A model generated the notes under the pieces. It saw only the letters and a program-made list of their open reading frames with translations, was not told where the DNA came from and ran no database searches. From an uncultured bacterium (GTDB lineage: Bacteria > Bacteroidota > Bacteroidia > Chitinophagales > CAIODY01), in assembly GCA_903857255.1 (NCBI GenBank), contig CAIODY010000013.1:5406-69405 (forward strand): a stretch of DNA of 64,000 nt. Reading direction: 5' to 3'. The translations under genes and the position numbers were made by a program. Shown piece by piece: positions 10,802 to 22,500 of the stretch. Position 1 is the stretch's first letter. Every line of letters starts with the position of its first letter.

Positions 10802-10856
10802 GCAACTGCGATAACTCTCTTTTCACTTTAAAAACTTGATGAACTTTACAAGCTGA

Positions 10857-12083
10857 CTAATCCTCCAAATGCAATTTCCACAATTTCGGGGCTAATTTTA
10901 TCGTACTCAAACACACACCAATATTGATAGTTGCACCTGCAATTACCGAAGGTACTAAACCCAGCAAACGAGCAGCCATGCCTGATTCGAAGCTGCCGAT
11001 TTCATTACTGCTGCCAATGAAAATAAAATTAATTGCCATCACTCTGCCCCTCATTTCATTGGGCGCATAAATCTGATAAATCACACTTCTCACAATCACA
11101 CTCACATTATCAAATGCGCCGCTCAACAATAAAAATGCAAGGCTCAAGTAAAAAATTTTCGACAGCGCAAAGCCAATCATACAAACACCAAACAGCAACA
11201 CATTTATCACAAACCATTTGCCAGCATGGCGTTTGATAGGATGATAAGCCACCCACAAACTGCATAAAACAGCACCTAAAGATGGCGCAGCTCTCATCAA
11301 ACCAATTTCAATTTTGCCTACATGCAATGTTTCATAAGCAAACACAGGAATCAGCGCAACTGCGCCACCAAACAGCACTGCTAGCATATCCATTGACATT
11401 GCCGACAACATAATTTGATGATTGAAAACAAAATGAATTCCTTCTTTCAATCGTTGCAAAGTAGTTTCCATAGGCTTCTTCACTTCGATATGTTTGTAGC
11501 GAACGCTGATAAAAAAGATGAAACCAATGATGACTAATGCTACTACAATGAGCATCGAAATTTTTTCGCCAATGATGCCATACAACAATCCGCCCAACGC
11601 CGGACCGCCTACTGTAGCTGAATTCCACACGATACTTCCCCAAGTTGCTGATTGACCGTACATTTCTTTTGGAACAATTTGCGCCATCATCGCACTTTGC
11701 GCTGGTGCAAAAAATCCACGAGCAATGCCAGTTAAAAAGATAACACCATAAAAATATTTTACCAGCAAATCGGGTGATGAAAGCGGATTCCAAATTAATG
11801 CAGCAAATAAAATGGCACAGAATAAATAACCACCAACCGAGGCTAAAATTATTTTTTTTCGATTGTATAAATCAGCCACATTACCCGAAAACAATGCAAC
11901 AATCATAAATGGAATTGCTTCTGCTAAACCTGTAAAACCTAATGCCAATGGGCTTTTGGTAATTTCGTAAACAAAAATACTGATGATGACACTTTGCATT
12001 TGCAATCCTAAAATGAACAAAAATCTGCCCAATTGATAATTGCGATAATCTCTGATTTTTAAAATGTTGAAAGCTGTTGGCAA
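10857..12083 (-). CDS. MFS transporter (EntS/MFS_3-like)
   Basis: 12-TM pattern, GNVADLYNRKKI motif A, MRGRVMA, SNEIGSFESG. Confidence 0.9.
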   Translation of the reverse strand: MPTAFNILKIRDYRNYQLGRFLFILGLQMQSVIISIFVYEITKSPLALGFTGLAEAIPFMIVALFSGNVADLYNRKKIILASVGGYLFCAILFAALIWNPLSSPDLLVKYFYGVIFLTGIARGFFAPAQSAMMAQIVPKEMYGQSATWGSIVWNSATVGGPALGGLLYGIIGEKISMLIVVALVIIGFIFFISVRYKHIEVKKPMETTLQRLKEGIHFVFNHQIMLSAMSMDMLAVLFGGAVALIPVFAYETLHVGKIEIGLMRAAPSLGAVLCSLWVAYHPIKRHAGKWFVINVLLFGVCMIGFALSKIFYLSLAFLLLSGAFDNVSVIVRSVIYQIYAPNEMRGRVMAINFIFIGSSNEIGSFESGMAARLLGLVPSVIAGATINIGVCLSTIKLAPKLWKLHLED

Positions 12084-12136
12084 GTAGATTTAATTTAAAA
12101 ATGGAAAAATATTTTTCACTTCTTTGCTTCGTGATA

Positions 12137-12185
12137 ATGGTTCGACAAGCTCACCATGACGGTCATAGTGAGCTTGTCGAACTAT
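12137..12185. repeat. REP-like palindrome (TTCGACAAGCTCA/TGAGCTTGTCGAA type)
   Basis: 24-bp arms ATGGTTCGACAAGCTCACCATGAC / GTCATAGTGAGCTTGTCGAACTAT with 2 mismatches. Confidence 0.85.
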
Positions 12186-12323
12186 AATTTACTTTTCAAA
12201 GAAATTCTAATTGCATTGAAACGAAAAATATTGACCTGATATTTTTTGCACAATGAATTTTTAACAACACTATCCTAAATAAAAAGTTTGATTTACTATT
12301 TTTGAACTCTTTAAAAACCAGCA

Positions 12324-13550
12324 ATGCCAAGAGTTTTACGTATCATTAATCGATTGAATTTAGGTGGACCAACTTACAATGCCGCTTATCTCACTAAATA
12401 TTTAGCACCCGAATTTGAAACGCTTTTAATTGCTGGCAACAAGGATGAAACCGAAGCCAGTAGCGAATTTATTGTGGATAGTTTAGGTTTGAAAGCTCAA
12501 TATGTAAATGCTATGTATCGCAGTTTGAATCCGTTGAAAGACAGAAAAGCATTTGCCGAAATCAAACAAATCATTCGTGAATTTAAACCCGATATTGTGC
12601 ATACGCATGCTGCAAAGGCAGGCGCACTGGGGCGTTTGGCAGCAGCGCAATGTAAAGTGCCAGTGATTGTGCATACTTTTCATGGGCATGTTTTCCATTC
12701 GTATTTCAATTCGATGGTGAACAATGTGTTCATTAATATCGAAAGATATTTGGCGAAAAAATCAACAGCCATCATTGCTATCAGCGATTTACAAAAAAAA
12801 GAATTGACAAAAGATTTTAGAATTTGTGCGCCAGAAAAAGTTACTGTAGTTCCACTCGGATTTGATTTACATCGTTTTCAAAATAATCAAGCAGAACAGC
12901 GAAAACAATTTCGTGAGTTTTATGGATTAGATGAAAACACAGTGGCAGTGGGCATTATCGGGCGACTGGTGCCAATCAAAAATCACGACATGTTTTTGCA
13001 AATGGTAAAAAACGTAAAAGATTCAGTTACACAAAACGTGAAATTTTTCATCATTGGTGATGGCGAAGACAGAATTAGAATCGAACAAAAATGTGTTGAA
13101 TTGAACATCAAATTTTCATCGCATCATTGGATTGAAAATGATTTGGAACGAAATAAAATTTCAACAAAACCAAATTCTGAAAGCGAAATCATTTTTTGCA
13201 GTTGGATGCAAAATATCCCAACGGCCTTGGCTGGCTTGGATTTGGTAACGATGACCTCTTTCAATGAAGGCACACCTGTAAGTTTGATTGAATCATTAGC
13301 AGCCAACAAACCAGTGGTTTCAACCAAAGTTGGTGGCGTTGCAAATGTAGTGCAGGACAATGTTACAGGCTTTTTAACTAAAACTTCTGAACTCGAAATT
13401 TTCTCACAACACGTGAAAAATTTGGTAAGCAATCGTGGGCTTCGTGAGCAAATGGGGCGCAAAGGTTTTGACAGTGTGAACCAAAAATTTGGTTACGAAA
13501 GATTGGTGGAAGATGTGCGAAAGTTGTATTGGGAACTGCTCCAAAAATAA
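12324..13550 (+). CDS. Glycosyltransferase family 4 (GT-B)
   Basis: NLGGP, PDIVHTHAAKAG, HTFHGH, NEGTPVSLIE. Confidence 0.92.
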   Translation: MPRVLRIINRLNLGGPTYNAAYLTKYLAPEFETLLIAGNKDETEASSEFIVDSLGLKAQYVNAMYRSLNPLKDRKAFAEIKQIIREFKPDIVHTHAAKAGALGRLAAAQCKVPVIVHTFHGHVFHSYFNSMVNNVFINIERYLAKKSTAIIAISDLQKKELTKDFRICAPEKVTVVPLGFDLHRFQNNQAEQRKQFREFYGLDENTVAVGIIGRLVPIKNHDMFLQMVKNVKDSVTQNVKFFIIGDGEDRIRIEQKCVELNIKFSSHHWIENDLERNKISTKPNSESEIIFCSWMQNIPTALAGLDLVTMTSFNEGTPVSLIESLAANKPVVSTKVGGVANVVQDNVTGFLTKTSELEIFSQHVKNLVSNRGLREQMGRKGFDSVNQKFGYERLVEDVRKLYWELLQK

Positions 13551-13752
13551 AGTTTCTATTCTACGATTTTTTACTTAGCAACACTTCATTTTTCCCTTAT
13601 TTACTAAGCATTTCAGCAAATCGATTTTGCGTAAATACGCAGCAATTATAAGTGTTGATATGGACAAATTTTTGCTAAAAATGACTACATTTTTGTAGCG
13701 TTCTTTTTGAGCCCCAATCTTAAAAAGAGCAACACACAAACACTACACCCAG

Positions 13753-15912
13753 ATGAAAACACGTTCAAACAAAGTACTTAATAGTACTATTAAAATCGTT
13801 GCGATTCTGCTGCTACAATTAGTAGTGGTAGTTTATGCAACCAAAGCAGCTACTCAAGCTGCAGGCTATAGTCATGCTTTAATTTTGAATAATGGCAATG
13901 TTTACGCATGGGGAAACAATGACCATGGGCAATTAGGCAATGGCACAAAAACAAATAGCACTTCACCCATTCAAATAAAAAACTTGACGAACGTAATTTC
14001 GGTTGCGGCTGGTTATTATTTTTCAGTAGCATTAACAGTTGAAGGGAAAGTTTATACTTGGGGAGCCAATACCACAGGGCAATTGGGCACCGATATTATG
14101 TTTGAATCTTTATCACCCGTTGAAGTAGAAGGTTTGAGAAATATTAAATCAATTGCTGCTAATGGTGACCATGTTTTAGCATTGAGCACCAAAGGCGAAG
14201 TATTTGCTTGGGGCGGAAATGATGATGGCGAAGTTGGTATCAACAGTTTAGATAATCAATACAAACCAGTAGAATTGCAAGGCTTAGAAAAAATAAACAA
14301 TGTTTTTTGTGGCGTTGGTAATTCATTTGCCATTGATGCCAAAGGAAATGTATTTGCTTGGGGCAATAATGAACAAAGTCAGTTAGGCATTGGAAACTCC
14401 ATCAATCAATTGAAACCCACAATGGTAGCTGCTTTGAAAAATATCACTCAAATTGCTGCTGGAAAATTTCACACTTTGGCATTGGATAGCCGAGGAAATA
14501 TTTTTGCATTTGGCAGAAATGATAAAGGTCAGTTAGGCTTAGAAGATTTGATGAATCGAACAACACCAACTTTAGTAAATTCATTATCGCTCATTAAAAA
14601 TATTGCTAGCGGCGATGACCATTGTGTTGCTATTTCAAGCGAAGGACAATTATTTGTTTGGGGCGATAACGAACAATTTCAATGCGGTTTTATTGGTGCA
14701 ACATTTCCTAAACCGACCTTAATAAATGAATCAACCAATTTCTTAAACATCGCTTGCGGTGCTAACTTCAGCTTAGTTTCAAAATCAAACGGTAATGTGT
14801 TTGTTTGGGGAAGCAACAGTGATGGACAATTAGCCACCACTTATGCCAACGTAAAAAACAGCATTGTTACTGTTCGTAATTTAAAACTGAATAGCCCCGT
14901 TGTTATCTCTTCAAAATTATTACATAGCATAGTGGTAACTGCTGATGGAAAAATCACTACAAGCGGTAATAATGAATATGGTCAATTAGGCGAAGGCGAT
15001 ATGAGCAACATAAATTTAAGCGAATTAAAAAACGTGATTTATGCTGCCAGCGGCTCGTATCATTCAGTTGCATTAACAGCTGAAGGAAAAATTTATTGCT
15101 GGGGTGTGAATGGCTATGGTCAAGTTGGCGATACAGATGCGTTGCAAGTGAATCATCCTTTTTTGATAAATGAATTAACCAACATCAAACAAGTGGCTGC
15201 TGGCGCACATCACACTTTAGCCTTGTGTGCTGATGGAACAGTGTGGTCATGGGGTTCAAATAAATATGGTCAGTTGGGGATTGCAGGCATAACAATAAGC
15301 CGCAAACCCATTCAAATCAAAGGATTGAAAGATGTTGTGAAAATTGTAGCTGGCGAAAAACATAGTTTGGCAATCACCTCCAATGGTAGTGTGTATGCTT
15401 GGGGTGCGAATGATGTAGCACAATTAGGTGTTGGCAGAATTGCAAATTCGAGCAAGCCAGTAAAAGTTGAAATGCCTGCTGTGGTTGATATTGCCTGCGA
15501 ATTCAATCACACCATTGCTATTTCAGCCGATGGAAATGTATATGCTTGGGGTTATAACGACCAAGGTCAAATTGGTGATGGCACCATCACTAATAAATTT
15601 TATCCAACCATTGTAAACGGCATCAGCAATGTGAAGAAAGCCGCTGTGGGAGCTAATCATAGCATTGCATTGTTGGGTGATGGCACCATTGAAACATGGG
15701 GAAATAATTCAAAAGGACAGTTTGGAAATAGCGAAATCAGAATTTCTAAAACACCAATTTTACAAAGTGATGTAAAAGATGTTTCTGCTTTATCATGTGG
15801 TTATAACAAAACTATTTTAACCAATGGTCAAGGAAATACTAACAACTTCGGGCAAGTTGATGTGAAAGATATTAGCAACACTGCAAGTGCTTCACCTGCT
15901 GGTATTCAATAA
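13753..15912 (+). CDS. Secreted RCC1/BLIP-II repeat protein (~13-14 repeats)
   Basis: Repeated AAG-x-x-HS/T...G-x-V-x-x-WG-x-N-x-x-GQLG; N-terminal signal-like segment. Confidence 0.92.
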   Translation: MKTRSNKVLNSTIKIVAILLLQLVVVVYATKAATQAAGYSHALILNNGNVYAWGNNDHGQLGNGTKTNSTSPIQIKNLTNVISVAAGYYFSVALTVEGKVYTWGANTTGQLGTDIMFESLSPVEVEGLRNIKSIAANGDHVLALSTKGEVFAWGGNDDGEVGINSLDNQYKPVELQGLEKINNVFCGVGNSFAIDAKGNVFAWGNNEQSQLGIGNSINQLKPTMVAALKNITQIAAGKFHTLALDSRGNIFAFGRNDKGQLGLEDLMNRTTPTLVNSLSLIKNIASGDDHCVAISSEGQLFVWGDNEQFQCGFIGATFPKPTLINESTNFLNIACGANFSLVSKSNGNVFVWGSNSDGQLATTYANVKNSIVTVRNLKLNSPVVISSKLLHSIVVTADGKITTSGNNEYGQLGEGDMSNINLSELKNVIYAASGSYHSVALTAEGKIYCWGVNGYGQVGDTDALQVNHPFLINELTNIKQVAAGAHHTLALCADGTVWSWGSNKYGQLGIAGITISRKPIQIKGLKDVVKIVAGEKHSLAITSNGSVYAWGANDVAQLGVGRIANSSKPVKVEMPAVVDIACEFNHTIAISADGNVYAWGYNDQGQIGDGTITNKFYPTIVNGISNVKKAAVGANHSIALLGDGTIETWGNNSKGQFGNSEIRISKTPILQSDVKDVSALSCGYNKTILTNGQGNTNNFGQVDVKDISNTASASPAGIQ

Positions 15913-15916
15913 ATTT

Positions 15917-16753
15917 TTAAACAAAAATTTCATCTGCCATCATAATCGCTTCGGCTAATTTTTCACCGTTCAATTTTAAATTTTCTTGTCCGAAAAATTG
16001 AATCATATTTTCAGTAGGCATGTTTCCTGTTAATTTATCTGTTGCCATTGGGCAGCCACCAAAACCTTTGAGTGCACCGTCAAACCGCTTGCAGCCTGCG
16101 TTGTAAGCCGCATCAATTTTTTCTTTCCAAGTATCTGGCGTAGTGTGTAAGTGTGCGCCAATTTCCATTTGCGGATAAAGCGGTATTAAATGCTTAAATA
16201 AATAAGAAATATTTTCAGGATTGCTTACACCTATTGTATCGCTCAATGCAACAATTTTGACGCCAAGCGAATTCATTTTTGCTACCCAATTCGCAGCAAT
16301 TTCAGGCGAATATTCATCGCCATACGGATTGCCAAAACCCATGGAAATATAAATAACGAGTTGCTTATTTTTTTGCAAGCAGATTTTTTGAATGGCTTCA
16401 ACGCTGCTTAAACTCTGCTCAATCGAGCTGTTGGTGTTTCGTTGTTGGAAGGTTTCGGAAATTGAAAATGGGAAACCAACAAAACTAATTTCATCATATT
16501 GCGCTGCTTCTTCAGCCCCACGAACATTAGCAACAATGGCTAATAATTTAGTGTTGGTTAATTTCAATTTTGGTAACACATCTTTCGTATCAGCCAATTG
16601 CGGAATTGCTTTTGCCGAAACAAAACTTCCAAAATCTAACGTGTCAAAACCCACTTGCAATAAGGTGTTGAGGTAATTTATTTTTTTTTCGGTAGGAATA
16701 AAATGTTCCCAACCTTGCATGGCATCACGTGGGCATTCAATTATTTTTATCAT
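15917..16753 (-). CDS. Hydroxymethylglutaryl-CoA lyase
   Basis: ECPRDAMQG, LSDTIG, GAHLH, GGCPMA motifs. Confidence 0.92.
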   Translation of the reverse strand: MIKIIECPRDAMQGWEHFIPTEKKINYLNTLLQVGFDTLDFGSFVSAKAIPQLADTKDVLPKLKLTNTKLLAIVANVRGAEEAAQYDEISFVGFPFSISETFQQRNTNSSIEQSLSSVEAIQKICLQKNKQLVIYISMGFGNPYGDEYSPEIAANWVAKMNSLGVKIVALSDTIGVSNPENISYLFKHLIPLYPQMEIGAHLHTTPDTWKEKIDAAYNAGCKRFDGALKGFGGCPMATDKLTGNMPTENMIQFFGQENLKLNGEKLAEAIMMADEIFV

Positions 16754-16798
16754 GTTGTAAAATTAAACAACCAAAATTATTTTTTGTTTTTTTGTAAA

Positions 16799-16832
16799 TG
16801 TAAAGTATGTTTGACGTAAGATATACTTTACA
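16799..16832. promoter_or_regulatory. Inverted-repeat operator candidate for the XRE regulator
   Basis: TGTAAAGTAT-N14-ATACTTTACA immediately before ATG 16833. Confidence 0.55.
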
Positions 16833-17240
16833 ATGAATCGAAAACCATTTTTATTACCCAATTATTTTAAGTGGATTGGTCCTGCAATATTAGTATTGAC
16901 AGTGGCTACAATCATTATTGCGAATGTTGCTTTTGATTTTAATTTCGTTAAAATTATTTGGCTAAAATTGATTGTAAAAATATTGATTGCTTTATCATTC
17001 ATGCTATTCATTTTAGCAAAAGAAAAAGTAGAAGATGAATTTATTATGCAATGCAGATTACGAGCCATGGCAGGAATTTTTATTCTAAATTTTTTCTGCT
17101 CCATTTTTAGCGAACTTACCAAAACTTATTGCCCAACATTTTTCACACCCATTTTTGGTTCACTTTTCGGTGTAGGTGTTTTTCAAGCCATGATGTATAT
17201 CACTACTTTTTATTCTTTGAAAAAAGGCTACGCTCAATAA
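16833..17240 (+). CDS. Small 4-TM membrane protein
   Basis: LLPNYFKWIG...KEKVEDEFI...RL-x-A pattern; abuts an XRE gene. Confidence 0.75.
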   Translation: MNRKPFLLPNYFKWIGPAILVLTVATIIIANVAFDFNFVKIIWLKLIVKILIALSFMLFILAKEKVEDEFIMQCRLRAMAGIFILNFFCSIFSELTKTYCPTFFTPIFGSLFGVGVFQAMMYITTFYSLKKGYAQ

Positions 17241-17441
17241 ATGCAAAACAACTTAAAAGAATATCGTGATGCTGCTGAATTGACTCAAGAACAATTAGCT
17301 GATAAAGTGGGCGTAAGCCGCCAAAGTATTATCTCTATTGAGAAAGGGCAATATATTCCGACCACAGTTTTAGCATTGAAATTGGCTAAGGCTTTAAAAT
17401 TAAAAGTGGAAGATTTATTCGTGTTGGAAAAAGGCGATTGA
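17241..17441 (+). CDS. XRE/HTH_3 transcriptional regulator
   Basis: LTQEQLADKVGVSRQSIISIEKGQYIP. Confidence 0.93.
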   Translation: MQNNLKEYRDAAELTQEQLADKVGVSRQSIISIEKGQYIPTTVLALKLAKALKLKVEDLFVLEKGD

Positions 17442-17511
17442 TTTTCATTTGAAAATCTTTCAATTTTTACTCTTCATAAAAATTTATCTTTGCTTCCATC
17501 GTTAATTCATT

Positions 17512-19536
17512 ATGCAAAGAATTTTCATTTTCATTTTATTGATTTCATCCAGTTTATGCTTGATTAAATGTTCGGGCGAAAAAGATGTAGAACTAACTGG
17601 CGATAGGGCTTTTGAGCAAAAACAATTTTTGGTATCGGCAAAATTATTGCAAGATGAAATGCAAACCGATGATGTAAAAACTGCTCACGAAAAAACTTTG
17701 AAAGTGGCGCAATGTTACGATTATGCCAACAAAACCAAAGAGGCAGCCGATTGGTACGAAAAATATTATACCATCACCAAAGAACCAGCCTATTTTTATA
17801 AGCACATCGAAAAGTTGAAAGCCACTAACAATTATGAAAAGTGTGAGGAGGAATTAAAAGATTTTATCAAAATAAATCCAGCAGAAAAAATAAAAGCCGC
17901 TTATGAAATTCAACAATGCCAAAACGCTGATGAATGGCTCACTTTGCCTTCGATGTATTTGATAAAAAAAATTGACAGCGTAAATACTTTCAGAAATGAA
18001 TATGCGCCAGTTGCTTTTGAAAAAAATAAATTAGTTTTTACTTCGGATAGAAGTGCAGCGACAGGCGATGAAAAATATGGTTGGACGGGCGAAAAATTTA
18101 GCGACTTATTTATTGCAGAAATGAAAGATGGGAAATTTCAACGCCCACGAAAATTCAGTCAAATCCTTAATACGCCTGCACACGAAGGCACATGCACGTT
18201 TACAAGAAATTTTAACGGAATAATTTTCACAAGATGTGGAAGTGCCAACAGCACCGACGATTTTTGCCAACTCTTCATCAGCGAACGCCAACCCGATGGC
18301 GAATGGAGTGAAGGCACAAAATTATTATTGTTTGGCAATGAGGATACTTTGCAAAATGTTGGTCAGCCTTTTTTAACTGAAGATGGCAAAAGCCTTTATT
18401 TCAGTAGTGATGCGGCTGGTGGATTTGGCGGAAAAGATTTGTATGTGTGCAGCAAAACTGCGAATGGCTGGAGCAAGCCACGAAATTTAGGCGGCACTGT
18501 AAATAGCAGTGGTGATGATGTTTTTCCGTATGTACGCAAAGATGGTACTTTGTTTTTTTCATCCAATGGGCACGGTGGAATGGGCGGCTTGGATATTTTT
18601 ATGTGCATGAAAAATGGCAGCAAATTCAGTCAGCCATTTAATTTGAAATCACCGCTAAATAGTGGTGCTGATGATTTCGGATTCACATTTGTGCAATACA
18701 ACGAAAAAGGAATCAACGATACTTTGATGGGCTGGGGCTATATTTCATCGCCCAGAACTGGCGGCAAAGGCGGCGATGATATTTATAAATTTGAATTGAA
18801 AAAAGAAAAAGTTTATACTTTTTGGTTGAGCGGAAATATTTCATCTAATAAATATGAAGACCCGAAAGACCCAAAAAGCAAGGTGATTGATACGTTGCCA
18901 ATTCAACATGCGTTTGTACAATTATTTGAAGTAAATAAAACAACTGGCATGCAACACTTGGTGGATGCGGATTCTACGGATAAAGATGGTGCTTATACTT
19001 TTCAAATTGAAAAAGGAAAGGATTATAAATTAGCAGTAGCGAAGAAAAATTATTTCAATAAATCCGATGTGGTTTCTTCTAAAAATTTAGAAGCCAAAGG
19101 TGAAGACTCACGAATTTTTGTTTACAAAGATTTGCGATTAGAGCACATCATCAAAAACAAAATGATTGAGATTCCGAACATTTTTTATGATTTGGATAAA
19201 TGGAATATTCGTCCAGATGCCGCAGCAGTATTGGATTCGCTGGTTGTGCCATTAATGGAAGAAAATCCAACTTTAAAATTTGAGTTAGGCTCACATACCG
19301 ATTCACGAGGCAATGATGAATACAATATGACTTTGAGTCAAAAACGTGCTGATGCCGTTGTGGAATATTTAATTCAAAAAGGAATCAACGCCGAACGCTT
19401 GATAGCAAAGGGTTATGGCGAAACCCAAATTATTAATCGCTGTACAAATGGTGTTGATTGTAGTGAAGAAGAACATCAACAAAACCGCCGAACAACATTT
19501 AAGGTGTTGGATGAAAAAGTGGAAGAGCAAAAATAA
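17512..19536 (+). CDS. PorE-family lipoprotein (TPR, PD40 repeats, carboxypeptidase-regulatory-like domain, OmpA peptidoglycan-binding domain)
   Basis: Lipobox-like Cys; FSS-x-x-x-GG-x-GG-x-D-x-Y repeats; SHTDSRG...NMTLSQKRA...GYGE...NRRT. Confidence 0.88.
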   Translation: MQRIFIFILLISSSLCLIKCSGEKDVELTGDRAFEQKQFLVSAKLLQDEMQTDDVKTAHEKTLKVAQCYDYANKTKEAADWYEKYYTITKEPAYFYKHIEKLKATNNYEKCEEELKDFIKINPAEKIKAAYEIQQCQNADEWLTLPSMYLIKKIDSVNTFRNEYAPVAFEKNKLVFTSDRSAATGDEKYGWTGEKFSDLFIAEMKDGKFQRPRKFSQILNTPAHEGTCTFTRNFNGIIFTRCGSANSTDDFCQLFISERQPDGEWSEGTKLLLFGNEDTLQNVGQPFLTEDGKSLYFSSDAAGGFGGKDLYVCSKTANGWSKPRNLGGTVNSSGDDVFPYVRKDGTLFFSSNGHGGMGGLDIFMCMKNGSKFSQPFNLKSPLNSGADDFGFTFVQYNEKGINDTLMGWGYISSPRTGGKGGDDIYKFELKKEKVYTFWLSGNISSNKYEDPKDPKSKVIDTLPIQHAFVQLFEVNKTTGMQHLVDADSTDKDGAYTFQIEKGKDYKLAVAKKNYFNKSDVVSSKNLEAKGEDSRIFVYKDLRLEHIIKNKMIEIPNIFYDLDKWNIRPDAAAVLDSLVVPLMEENPTLKFELGSHTDSRGNDEYNMTLSQKRADAVVEYLIQKGINAERLIAKGYGETQIINRCTNGVDCSEEEHQQNRRTTFKVLDEKVEEQK

Positions 19537-19552
19537 TTCTTGCTATTTTTTT

Positions 19553-22500
19553 TTATCTAATCAAAGTAACATTACCTGCAATAGGGAATAAAGTGCCGTC
19601 AACACATTCTACTTGTAATTGGTACATGTAAACACCACTCATCATTGGTTTCCCGTTAAAAGTACCATCCCATCCAGCTTCAGGCTTTCCTATTTGCACA
19701 TGCTCGGCTTTGAAAATTTCATTTCCCCATCTATCGTAGATTCTTAAAAATTGCAATTCCTTTATACCACTTCCTAATACGTAGAAAAATCTGTTTTCAA
19801 ATTTAGCAGTTGGTTTTGGTTCAAAAGCATTTGGAATATAGAGCGATTTATTTTTATCGCACAAAACAATGAATGTAATTTGTGAGGTGTCCAAGCAACC
19901 ATATTCATCCGTAAATTTCACTTGGTAAGTGGTATTGACATCTGGGAAAACTGTTGGGGAATAACAATTCAAACAACTGATATTATAGTCGGGCAGCCAC
20001 TGCAAAGTACCGTTGTTAGTGGTATCTGGCTTAATGTTATATTGCTGACCAGCATAAATATTTACTGATGAAGGTGAGATAGAAATTTTTGGTGGCGGAA
20101 AAACATGTACATGAATATCAACGCTATCTTGATTACAATTGCCTGTGATAACCACCCTATAGGTTTCATTGCCAGTAACTCTAACTTTAATTTTGGGTAG
20201 CGTTGAAATAATTTGGTGGGTACTCATTTGAATCCATTGATAACTCAAGCCACCATTAGCAAACAAATGAATACTATCACCCACACACACCAGTGTATCA
20301 TGCCCTGCATCAGGAACAATAAAATTGCGGACAGTTAAAACTATTTTGTTGGTGTCTTTGCAGCCCCATTGATTTACAACAGCCAGAGAAAAACTATCTT
20401 TCTGGAAAATGGTAATTGTAGGTTGAGCAATAAAATTATTGGGATGAAAAATGTTGGTACCTGTAGGTAAAAACCAGTTGTAATTCGACCCAACTTGCGG
20501 CGGGCAGCCTAATTTGAAAGGTATTCCGGGGCAAATAGAATCGTTAGCACCAGCGCATGCCAATGGAATTGGATTGACAGTAAAAGTATCTTGCAACGAA
20601 GATGAACAATTGTATTTGTTGGTGATGGTATAAGTTGCAGTATAATCTGCTGGCGTTGTTCGGCTGGTGTTGTAATATGTTTTCAAGAAATGATTAGGTG
20701 CAATATTCGATTGATAATTTGCCGAACCATCACCAAAATTAATTTGATAATTCACGATGCCGATGTTAGCGTTATTATCAGTAAAAAAAGTTTGCAACGG
20801 ATTGCAACTTTGTGTAGAACCTTTAGAAATGGCTACTGGCGGCAGTTTAGAGATACACACTTGTTTTGTTAAACTATCAAAACATCCCGAAATATTTTTT
20901 GCATAAAACTTAGTTGTGAAACAAGTATCGCTTACACCATTTGGTAAATTATAGTTGTGTGAAACAATTGTGTTGGTGGTAGAAAAATTAGTTGTATTGC
21001 CATCGCCAAAATCCCATTTACAAATTAATCCAGTAGATGGTAATGAAGTGCTTTGAAAATAAGTTGTACCACTATTTCCGCAAATAGTATCATGAATAAT
21101 ATTGAACGACATAATAAAATTGCTTAGCACCACTACCACTTTTATCTGGCTAGTATCAATGCAATTGTAAATGGAACTATCTACCAAAACAATTTGATAA
21201 GTGCCAATTGAAGTATAGCAATATTGAGGGTTTCGGGCTGTATCAACAGGGGTTAAACTATTCCAATTAAAATACCAGTGGTAGTTTTTTACAGGGTCAG
21301 GATTGATAGATAAGTTGGTGAAATGCACACAACCATTGGTACAAATTGTATCAGGAATTGAACTGAATTGTGCGATTGGATAAGCATGAACTCTTACAAA
21401 TGGTTTCAAAATTGTATCAAAACAACCATGCAATGATTCGATAATCAATTTCATCGAATAAGAGCCTGGTGTGGTGATAATCACATGCGGAATGTGATGA
21501 AAATAAGAAGCGAATAAATTGTTGTTGGCATCATAAATATACCATTGATAATGCGCCGTATCAATAGGATACAAGCTGGCTATGGATGAATCAATCATGG
21601 TTACATCAGCTTTGCCACAAAAATCTTTGAGGTAAGGTGTCCAACTAAAATTGGCAATTGGTCCATCAATATGCACTGTATCAGCTACTGGATAACTACA
21701 TCCGATGCCATCATCAATAAATGCTTGCACCAATTGATGACCAATAACAAAATAACGATGACAAAAATTATAAACTCCAGAACCATTGTGTGGCAATACA
21801 TCAAACGAACCATCAGGATATTTGATGATTGGATTTTGAGTTGAGTTGGTTACTAATGTGCAGCAAATTGAATCGCCTACACAACCATATACATTGCTGC
21901 ATTGCAAATGTCCGATTGGTCCTGATACATGCAATGGTTTACAAATTGAATCGCTGCAACCAAACAAACTTGTCACTTTCCAGCAAATCGTATAATCGCC
22001 TGGATAACCAACAGGAATGCCCACTTTGTGAGGAATGCCAATGGGCGAATTTCTACTGTAATTAAATGTTGCGTAAAAATTTAGCGGTGCTGATGACATC
22101 GAAACGGTGAGTTGGTCGTAAGCACCAGTTGTGATATTAAGCAACGAATCAAAAGAACCCGGACATGAAATGGTATCTGCGCCTGAAAAATTTGCAATAG
22201 GATTTGACACATGAATTTTTACACAAGTATCTGCCGAACAACCATAAATATTGGTCAAATGCAAATTGATATAATGATAACCTGCTGTGTTGAAGGTTTG
22301 CGAAAAAGTTGAAGTGCTTGAAACACAAGTGCCAACAGTGGTACAAGCTGTGTTGCTCATAGTCCAACATCGTGTTGAAATTATGCCTGTTGAGCAATCA
22401 GATAAATTTATTGTAGCACCAATGCACACGGCTGTATCGGTGTAACCGCTGATGCATGGCGTGATTCCGTTGATTGAATTAATAGTAATAGTGCCAGTTT

